64,000 nt of DNA from Acidimicrobiales bacterium (GTDB lineage Bacteria; Actinomycetota; Acidimicrobiia; Acidimicrobiales; GCA-2861595): positions 544,432-608,431 of the forward strand of contig JAUJNQ010000001.1 in assembly GCA_030448025.1 (NCBI GenBank). Reading direction: 5' to 3'. The position numbers were made by a program, and so were the translations under genes. The notes under the pieces were generated by a model that saw only the letters and a list, made by a program, of their open reading frames with translations, was not told where the DNA came from and searched no databases. The number at the start of each line of letters is the position of its first letter. Position 1 is the first letter of the stretch. Below, piece after piece: positions 56,946-64,000 of the stretch.

Positions 56946-58561
56946 GTGATCGAACCAGAGTCACTTGGGGCGGCCGCTCCTCCCCGGGAGTCTGAGGTCA
57001 TTCAGCGGATCCTCGCCGCCGCCCGCGCCTACCTCCACATGGAGGTCGCCTTCGTCTCCGAGTTCCACGGCGGCCGTAGCGTCATGCGCTTCCTCGATGC
57101 CGCCGTCGAGGACACGGCTCGCCTTCCCGCCTTAGAGGCTCGACTGCTCGACACCTACTGCTACCGGGTGGTGCGCCAGCAGTTCCCCGAGGTCATACCG
57201 GACACCTTGCAGTTCGCCGCCGCCCGGGACCTGCGCACGACCACCGAGCTGGCCATCGGCTCGTACGTCGGCGTCCCGGTCGTGCTGTCCAGCGGGGAGA
57301 CCTATGGGATCTTCTGCTGTTACGGCCGTCACCCCGACCCCACGCTGTCCGACCGCGGGATCGAGGTGGTGCGCATGCTGGCCCGAGTGGTGGCCGAGAC
57401 GCTGGAGAGCGAGGAGGCCCTCCGGCGCCGTGACAAGCAACTACGGGCCGTGCTCGAGAGGGTGATCGAGGGGGACGGCCTCGATCTGGCCTTCCAGCCC
57501 ATCGTCGACCTCGCCCGGGGGCTGGTAGTGGGCTATGAGGCGCTCAGCCGCATCTCCGGGCCGCCGAAGCTGCAGGCCGAGGAATGGTTCCTCGAAGCGG
57601 ACCGCCTGGGCCTTGGAGGCCCGCTGGAGGGCCGGGTGATCAGCGCGGCCCTTGCTGCCGGCCAGTCCAGGCCCCCCAACACGTTCTTGTCGATCAACGT
57701 GAGCCAGAACAGCTGCACAGCGCCGAGGTCGAGCGTGCCCTGAGATCGTCTTCTCTGGAGGGAGTCGTGCTCGAGATCACAGAGCACCGGGCGATCAGCG
57801 ACTATGCGGCCCTGGCTGCGACCCTGGCGCCCTATTACGAACTGGGAGCCGGAGTGGCCGTCGACGATGCAGGGGCGGGCTATGCGGGGCTTCAGCAACT
57901 GATCGGCATCCGCCCCTGCTTCATCAAGCTGGACAGGGCCCTGGTCGAAGGCATCGATCGCGACGAGGCCAAGCTGGTGCTGGCCGAGGCGCTGGGCGCC
58001 TTTGCCAGCCGGATCGACGCCTGGGTCATAGCCGAGGGTGTCGGGACCAATGCCGAGCTCGACGCCCTGATCAGGCTGCAGGTCCCCCTCGGCCAGGGCT
58101 ACCGGCTGTGCCGGCCTGAGCCCCCCTGGGCGGTCGCCGATGAGGGGCTGGCGGCGCGGATGCGGACACGGGCAAAGCGCACGGCGACGGCCCACCTCAC
58201 GATCGCGCCCCTGCTCGAGGATGTCCCCACGTCGCCCGAGGCCCGAGCCTGGGCGGACATCGTGCATGAGTACTCGCTCCATCCCGATCTCGACATTGTC
58301 GTCGTGCTGGCACCCACTGGTTCGCCCCAGGGTTTCGTCACTCGGGTGCTGGCCGAGCGTGGTCTCAGTGGGCCGCGGGCAGGCCTCCGAGTGAAGCCGA
58401 CGAGCCGAGCGGACGAGGTGGCACGCCGGGCCACCACTCGCCTGCCCGAGGAACGCTTCGATCCGATCCTCTGCGTCGACGACGCAGGTCGCCACCTCGG
58501 CATCGTCAGGTTCGAGCGACTGGTTGGAGCCCTGGCGGGGGAAGGTTCGTCGGCCGGCTAG
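56946..58561 (+). pseudogene. GAF-EAL-(CBS-like) protein with one -1 frameshift
   Basis: A GAF-like N-terminus is followed by EAL motifs LAFQPIVDL...GYEALSRI and DDAGAGYAGL, split at 57704-57705, where CC instead of CCC breaks FLSINVS|PEQLHSAEV. The C-terminal part is CBS-pair-like. This may be a sequencing error. Confidence 0.75.
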
Positions 58562-59772
58562 TTGCCGTTCACGCTCCAGTGCCAGGGTTCCCGCGGCAGG
58601 TTGTACAGGCCGAAGCGGGCGGCGTTTCCCCTGAGCCACTGGAAGGCCGGGTTCCCACTGCTGATCAGGCGGCCGTTCCATGTGAAGTCGATGGCCAGCC
58701 CCCGCTCGTGCATCGACTGCCCGGGCCGAGCCGTGGGTGGCCGGCATTGCGAGGCCGGCTTGTTGTACACGTCACCGCCGCAGTTCGCTCGCCGGGCTGC
58801 GATCTGTCCCTCAGAGCTCCTGTAACCGCCACCGCTCAGCGCGAACCCGTCTGCCTGCGCGGCGGCCAACAGCGATTCCACACGGCCGGCGATCTCGCTT
58901 GCCACAACGATGCCCCGTACGGTCGTCAGGTTCCCCGTGCCCACTCTGGCCGAAGGACCCGAGGGCCTCGCTCGACCTGGTGCCCGAGGCGACGAAGCGA
59001 CCCTCGCAGCCAGGGCAGCCTGGCGGCGGGCGATGTCGGCGGCAAGTTGGGCGTCGAGGGTGGCCAGCGAGTCTGCCTCGGCCAGAGCCCGCTCGAGACG
59101 CTCCTCCACCGAGCTGGCCACCTCCTCGTTCTTCGCCTGGGATCGTGTGAGCTCACCAAGGCGGGCGTCGACTTCCTTGCGCCGGGCGGCGGCCTGCTGC
59201 TCCGCCTTGTCGGCCACAGCGCGCTGGATCGCCAGGTCTTCCTTGGCGGCCCGCAGCTGGTCGACACGATCGGCCCCGGCGCCGATGGCCACGCGCATCA
59301 ACTGCTGCTTGGTGACCATCTCGGGCAGCGACGACGACGAGTTGAGGGCCATCAACACGTCGTCCGAAGGTCCGCGAACGTAGGCGTCGACGGCCTCGCG
59401 CCGCATGGTATGGCGTAGCCGGCCGAGCTTGGCCGCCGTGGCTCGCTCGGCTTCCCGGGCCTGCCCAGCCGATGCCGCAGCTGCCGACGCGGCCTGGGCC
59501 GCAGAGGCGGCCGCAGCCTCCTGGCGACGAAGGTTGCTTTGCATGGCATCGAGGGCCTGCTCGAGCTCGGTGTCCGAGGCCTTCAAGACGTCGACCTCGG
59601 CCGCCTTCTGGGCTCGCTGGCCCTGCACCTCCTTGCGCCGAGCACCCGGGTCGGCCGACTTCTGGGCCGCCTGTGCTGGCGACACCGCAGTGGTTCCGAG
59701 CAAGAGGGTCACGATCAGCACGGTGACCATCGACACCGTGACAAGGGACCAAACCCGTCGAGTGCACACCAA
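58558..59772 (-). CDS. Secreted coiled-coil protein with a C-terminal M15 (VanY/D,D-carboxypeptidase-like) peptidase domain
   Basis: Signal peptide ...LLLGTTAVSPAQA, then an Ala/Glu/Arg-rich coiled coil. The C-terminus has SMHERGLAIDF and EPWHW (zinc-peptidase M15 pattern). A TTG/GTG start near 59772 follows GGGAG. Its stop overlaps the convergent gene (CTAG). Confidence 0.75.
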   Translation of the reverse strand: MVCTRRVWSLVTVSMVTVLIVTLLLGTTAVSPAQAAQKSADPGARRKEVQGQRAQKAAEVDVLKASDTELEQALDAMQSNLRRQEAAAASAAQAASAAAASAGQAREAERATAAKLGRLRHTMRREAVDAYVRGPSDDVLMALNSSSSLPEMVTKQQLMRVAIGAGADRVDQLRAAKEDLAIQRAVADKAEQQAAARRKEVDARLGELTRSQAKNEEVASSVEERLERALAEADSLATLDAQLAADIARRQAALAARVASSPRAPGRARPSGPSARVGTGNLTTVRGIVVASEIAGRVESLLAAAQADGFALSGGGYRSSEGQIAARRANCGGDVYNKPASQCRPPTARPGQSMHERGLAIDFTWNGRLISSGNPAFQWLRGNAARFGLYNLPREPWHWSVNGN

Positions 59773-59925
59773 GAGCGACTCCCTGTGTTGTGGACTTGGC
59801 TGCCACCGGCGGAGCGCGACTGCGCCCTCGTCCAATTGCTGGGTTCGGGGCGAAACCTAGCCGCTACCCGGTGTAGCTGTCGAGGAACCTACCCCTCGGG
59901 TTCGCTGACCTGCGCGCCGACCGCC

Positions 59926-60726
59926 TCAGTTGAGGCGGGAGCGCTGCAACTGGGCCTCCGCACGTGCTCGTCGTCCCGGCTCCTCGGGAAGCATTTCGGC
60001 CAGGTCCTCGAGCATGGTGGCGGCTTCCATGAACCGGCCCAGAGCAGCGTGGGCCGCGGCCACGTCGGCCATCTCCGAAGCGCTGCCGGCGGGGATCGCA
60101 GTGCGCAGACGAAGGACCCACCCAGTCGACCACACGTCGCCCGTTGCCAGGTAGAGCTGGCGGAGGTTGGCCAGCATCCTCGCCAGCATGGCTCGCTTCC
60201 CGGTCGGGACCAGCATGGAAGAGTCGAAGCCTGTGGACTCTCCGTGCATCAAATGGAACAACGCCTCGCAGTCGGCTTGGTCGAGGATGCGTCCCCCGCC
60301 GAACGGGTCGACGAAGACCCTTGGTGTCGCCGCGTGTCGTACGAGGAAGTGCCCGGGCATGCCGATGCCCTCGAAGGGCAGGTCCACTCGCCGTCCCACC
60401 TCCATCGTCACCACGGCGAGCGAGATGGGGATGCCGAGCCGTCGCTGCAACACGTCGTTGAGGAATGAGTTCCGGGGGTCCCCGTAACGGCTGGCGTTCC
60501 CGGAGAAACCCAGCACCTCGAACAGATGATGTAGCAGCCCGTCCAGGTCGGCGGGTGCGCCGTCGGCCATCTCGTCCAGCTGAACGAGCACGGAGGCGAC
60601 GTCCAGACCGGGGTAGGCGTGAGCGGCGATCAGGGCCGCTGCTTCGTCGAGCGGGATCTGATGGTCGGCCCCACTCACGAGCTCGGCGAAGCGAGCCGTG
60701 ACGTCGCTCCGGTGTGGATGATCCAA
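59926..60726 (-). CDS. Transglutaminase-like/TPR protein (SirB1 N-terminal domain family)
   Basis: Contains GDPRNSFLNDVLQRRLGIPISLAVV...GMPGHFLVR and a C-terminal helical repeat region. Confidence 0.7.
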   Translation of the reverse strand: MDHPHRSDVTARFAELVSGADHQIPLDEAAALIAAHAYPGLDVASVLVQLDEMADGAPADLDGLLHHLFEVLGFSGNASRYGDPRNSFLNDVLQRRLGIPISLAVVTMEVGRRVDLPFEGIGMPGHFLVRHAATPRVFVDPFGGGRILDQADCEALFHLMHGESTGFDSSMLVPTGKRAMLARMLANLRQLYLATGDVWSTGWVLRLRTAIPAGSASEMADVAAAHAALGRFMEAATMLEDLAEMLPEEPGRRARAEAQLQRSRLN

Positions 60727-60809
60727 GTCAGACCTCGACGAGAGAGGGGGAAGGAGCCGGCCCTGGCCGGGCCTCGTCTACTTCCAGGAGGACCCCACGC
60801 TACAAGGAC

Positions 60810-61772
60810 TCACGGCAGCGCTTCGGCCAGCAACTGGTAGGAGCGAAGCCGGGCCAAGGGGTCGTGGCAGACGGTGAGGACCATGACCTCGTCCACGGCG
60901 AACGCTCGGGCAAGGTCGCTCAGGGCGGCGCTCACCTGCTCCGGGGCGCCCACGACCATCTCGGCCCTGCGCTGGGCCAACCGGGCCTGCTCGGCAGCGG
61001 TCAGCCCGGCGGTGGCCTGGCCGGGCGGGAGCAGCGGCCCCCGTTCGCCACCCTCGGGTCGCAGCCCCCATGCCGCGGCCGAAGTGGCCAGCCGGCGGGC
61101 CTCGGCCTCGGTGTCGGCGCACAGCGCCGCCACGGCCACGATCGAGCGAGGCTCGGTGAGCCGTGCCGAGGGGGCGAAGCCCCTTCGGTAGCCGTGCATC
61201 ACCTGAGGTCCGAACTGGGCGCTGATGAAGTGGGCAAATGCGAACGGCAGGCCCAGGTAGGCGGCGCAGGCCGCGCCCTGGCTGCTGGAGCCGAGGATCC
61301 AGACGTCAGGTCCGGCGGGGCCACGGGGCACGGCCCGCACCTCGGCGTAGGGGTGAGAGGGGTCCAGTGAGCCGTCCACGAAGCCGACGAGATCCTCGAC
61401 CTTCTGGGCGAAGTGCTCGTCACCCAAGGCTCCGGGCCGGTACTGCAGCGCGGCCTCGGTCACCGGGTCGGTCCCTGCGGTCCTCCCGACACCGAGGTCC
61501 ACCCGGCCCGGGAACAGCGCATCGAGCAGGCGGAACGACTCGGCAACCTTGAGCGGGCTGTAGTGGGGCAACAGGACGCCTCCGGAGCCCACCCTGATGG
61601 ACGTGGTCCGGGCCGCCACCGCGGCCACCACGATCTCGGGGCTGGCACTGGCGAGGGACAGCGTGTTGTGGTGCTCGGCCACCCAGTAGCGGCGGTAGCC
61701 CAGCTGCTCGGCTGCCACCGCCAGGGCCACGCAGTCGGCCAATGCCTCGGCCGGGCTGGTGCCTTCCGGCAC
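60810..61772 (-). CDS. LLM-class flavin-dependent oxidoreductase
   Basis: Contains LGYRRYWVAEHHN...GSGGVLLPHYSPLKVAE. Confidence 0.8.
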   Translation of the reverse strand: MPEGTSPAEALADCVALAVAAEQLGYRRYWVAEHHNTLSLASASPEIVVAAVAARTTSIRVGSGGVLLPHYSPLKVAESFRLLDALFPGRVDLGVGRTAGTDPVTEAALQYRPGALGDEHFAQKVEDLVGFVDGSLDPSHPYAEVRAVPRGPAGPDVWILGSSSQGAACAAYLGLPFAFAHFISAQFGPQVMHGYRRGFAPSARLTEPRSIVAVAALCADTEAEARRLATSAAAWGLRPEGGERGPLLPPGQATAGLTAAEQARLAQRRAEMVVGAPEQVSAALSDLARAFAVDEVMVLTVCHDPLARLRSYQLLAEALP

Positions 61773-61878
61773 CGGGCACTGGTCGAGGACGCTTAGGGCA
61801 GCAACCGGGGCCGAGCCAGGTGCCGAGCCCGACCCAGGTCTGGCGCCCGAGCTCAGAGCCAGACCGCCCGGCCCCCGC

Positions 61879-63390
61879 TCAACCGAGCCAGGCCCGGAGC
61901 TTCTTGCGGTCCACCTGCTTCCAGGCCGCCGGCCAGGCGCCCTGGCTCTGCCTTGCCTCGGCCCGCTGAATGGAGATCAGCTCGCCCGCCACCAGCGCCT
62001 GAGGGGCCGGCGCATCCCTTGCGGCCTGGCGCAGCCATCCTTCGGCCACCGAGGCGTCCTGGAGGTCACCGAGCACGCCTTGGACGCCGGCGACCGCTTC
62101 GGCAAACTTCCCGGCTTGTCCCCCGGCGACGGGCGCCGCCGCTTCGGCCGCGTAGCGGACTCGCTTGCTCAGGATGCGCACACGGTGCAGGTCGTCCGGC
62201 TCGGGGTCCGAAGAGAGCTCGTCTACCGCCTTGCGGAGGCGCTTCCAGGGGCGATTGACCAGCTCCGCCAGCGTCTCCCGAGCAGGGGTGTCGGCGTGGC
62301 GGACGATGGGGGGCGACGAGGCCCCGGACACCAACCGGTCGAACAGGTCGGCGTAGCGGTCGGAGGCCATGGCGTCGCGCACGTGGACCCGCGCGACCTC
62401 GCGCTCCTCGGCCAGCTTTCGAAGGAAAGGGGCCAGGCCGGCGCCGTCGTCACCGGGCAGCTCGTCGGCCTGGCGGGACAGGCGTGCCTCCAGGACGTCG
62501 GCGTCGCGAACGCCGCCCAGCTCGTCGGCCAGCCACTTGAGCTCGCCACGCAGGGGCTGGAGCCATTCCTCGTCGAGGACCGGCTGGAAGGTGCGCAGGT
62601 CCGAGCGGAGACGGCGGGTTCCCACCCGTAGCTGGTGGACGTCCTTCGGGTGCTCTCCGATGCGAACGCCGGGGTCGTGGGCCAGCATCCGGCTGACCGA
62701 TCCGGTCAGGGCGGAGCGGATGGCGTCGAGCGTGCTCGATCCTCCGTCGACCTCGATGGGGGCGAGCTCGGGCGGTTCGAGGGCCCGGGCGCCGAGCGCA
62801 CGCACGAGCTTGGGCGTGGGATCGGGTTTTCCGGTGCCCGCCTGGCGCAGCTTGTCCACGACGGCGTCGAGCAGCTCGGGGGCGGCGGTGTCTCGAAGCT
62901 CGACCTCCACCTCTCGGAAGCGAGCCGTCATCCGAGCACCGTGGAGGACGGAGACCTCGTCGTCGACCACCTCGGCCACGACCCGCCCCTCGGCGTCGAG
63001 AAGCTCCACTCCCGTGCGGTGGGTGCGCAGGCGCGCCACTCCTTGGAGGGGGGTGTGGCGCACGTAGGCCCGCAGCAGGTCGACGACGCCCGTTGGGATG
63101 CGCGCCGCTCCGCCCTCGAAGCTCACCTCCCGCCGGACGAGCGCCGGGCCGCCGTCGCCTTGGGGCAGCTTCACCGTCCACCCACTGCCGTCGGCGTCGC
63201 GATGGCGAACGGTGATCCCCCAGCGGGCCAGGCGCAGGTCCGCCGTGTCGTAGTAGGCGGCGGTCAGGGTACGTGTTGTGGCGGGCCCGGCGGTCATGCC
63301 CCCCAACACCCCGTTCAGGTCGGGGAGGCGGAAGCCGCCCCAGGCCCCGAGCTTCACCTCACGCTCAGCCCCGAGCTTCATCCCCTGCAA
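61879..63390 (-). CDS. CYTH plus CHAD domain protein
   Basis: N-terminal EREVKL... (CYTH ExExK-type start) and a C-terminal helical CHAD domain with HQLRVGTRRLRSDLRTF and HRVRILSKRVRYAAE. Confidence 0.85.
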   Translation of the reverse strand: MQGMKLGAEREVKLGAWGGFRLPDLNGVLGGMTAGPATTRTLTAAYYDTADLRLARWGITVRHRDADGSGWTVKLPQGDGGPALVRREVSFEGGAARIPTGVVDLLRAYVRHTPLQGVARLRTHRTGVELLDAEGRVVAEVVDDEVSVLHGARMTARFREVEVELRDTAAPELLDAVVDKLRQAGTGKPDPTPKLVRALGARALEPPELAPIEVDGGSSTLDAIRSALTGSVSRMLAHDPGVRIGEHPKDVHQLRVGTRRLRSDLRTFQPVLDEEWLQPLRGELKWLADELGGVRDADVLEARLSRQADELPGDDGAGLAPFLRKLAEEREVARVHVRDAMASDRYADLFDRLVSGASSPPIVRHADTPARETLAELVNRPWKRLRKAVDELSSDPEPDDLHRVRILSKRVRYAAEAAAPVAGGQAGKFAEAVAGVQGVLGDLQDASVAEGWLRQAARDAPAPQALVAGELISIQRAEARQSQGAWPAAWKQVDRKKLRAWLG

Positions 63391-63432
63391 CCCTACCGCC
63401 GCATCGGGCCGGCTCGGCTCAAGCGCCGCCGG

Positions 63433-64000
63433 TCAGACCGGCGGGGGAAGGTACCTGCCCACAGCGACATCCGGGCCTGCCACCTCCAATACCCACGTGG
63501 AGCCCTTCTTCGACTGCTGGTGGCCGTCGCCGGGCAGGATGGCGTCGAGGACCGCCGGGACCACATCGCCGTGGGTGCACAAAACGGTGGTCCCGTGCAG
63601 TTCGCCGATCAGCGAGACGGTCTGCTCGGCGTGGCCCTCGGCCAGCCTCGCCGTCTCTTCGACCACCAGCCCCCGGGCGCGGGCAAGGGGCTCCACCGAC
63701 TGCACGCATCGGACGTAGGGGCTGGACAGGACCCTTGTCACGGGATACTCGCTGAGCTGCTCGACCAGGGCCTGGGCCTGCTGCCGGCCCCGCTCGTCGA
63801 GGGGGCGAAGCCGGTCGTCGCCGGCCCAGGCCGACCGCTCGCCGGCGGTGGCGTGGCGCACCATCAAGATGGTGGCGGGGTCCCGGATGTGTTGGGCCAG
63901 GAGGCCGATGACGTCGGCGTCCTGACGCCGGCTGACGGCGCCGAGCGCATCGGGCACAGGGAGCCACTTGACCTCGTCGACCTCGTCGCCGGGGACGAAC
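63433..64000 (-). CDS. MutT1-like NUDIX / histidine-phosphatase (SixA-like) fusion, 5' end outside the window
   Basis: The C-terminal domain has LMVRHATAG (RHG-type) ...SSPYVRCVQS...CTHGDV. The sequence running off the window reads FVPGDEVDEVKWLP, typical of a NUDIX domain end. Confidence 0.7.
   Translation of the reverse strand, partial: FVPGDEVDEVKWLPVPDALGAVSRRQDADVIGLLAQHIRDPATILMVRHATAGERSAWAGDDRLRPLDERGRQQAQALVEQLSEYPVTRVLSSPYVRCVQSVEPLARARGLVVEETARLAEGHAEQTVSLIGELHGTTVLCTHGDVVPAVLDAILPGDGHQQSKKGSTWVLEVAGPDVAVGRYLPPPV

Noticed and set aside
59773-59925. ydaO-type (c-di-AMP) riboswitch in the leader of the M15 cell-wall peptidase gene
   Set aside because: Only partial resemblance to the 3' consensus (GAACCCG...CGACAGCTACACCGGGTAGCG). 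The expected GGGGA-CCCA and ACGGGG/GAAUC elements of the 5' half were not found, and the region is too short. It would need a covariance-model scan (Rfam ydaO-yuaA) to revive.

Overview
This is a 64-kb chromosomal segment of roughly 68-70% GC (estimated by eye). It looks actinobacterial: WhiB, SepH/DUF3071, a PIG-L/MshB-like deacetylase, LLM-type oxidoreductases, a MutT1-like NUDIX-SixA protein and a CYTH-CHAD protein are present. Most of it is housekeeping. It holds rnpB, an archaeal-style nurA-herA-mre11-rad50 cluster, whiB, trpD, sepH, queG, a ROK glucokinase, an aminotransferase, and class II RNR nrdJ interrupted by a LAGLIDADG intein. It also holds orn-dut-fpg, a glgC / PRK-like / otsA operon, and a hybrid histidine kinase followed by two c-di-GMP enzymes. 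Two accessory or decaying stretches stand out. The first (25.7-31.9 kb) has a PD-(D/E)xK gene with five frame breaks, frameshifted tkt, ligD-like and BNR genes, and an orphan ATP-synthase c subunit with a signal-peptide-like extension. The second (37.7-45.8 kb) has a 3'-truncated tRNA-Gly abutting a truncated GT2 gene, an HsdR N-terminal fragment, other remnants and a nonsense-mutated binding-protein gene. An intact operon (degenerate GGDEF / CAP / GH5 with a seven-blade lectin) sits inside this second stretch. The most unusual single item is a complete 148-aa mini-intein with all splicing blocks but almost no exteins, lying in the divergent region between the PIG-L gene and nrdJ. I recognised no CRISPR array, rRNA, transposase or integrase. 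All calls rest on motif recognition by eye in the supplied ORF translations and DNA. No database search was run, and start codons are often uncertain.
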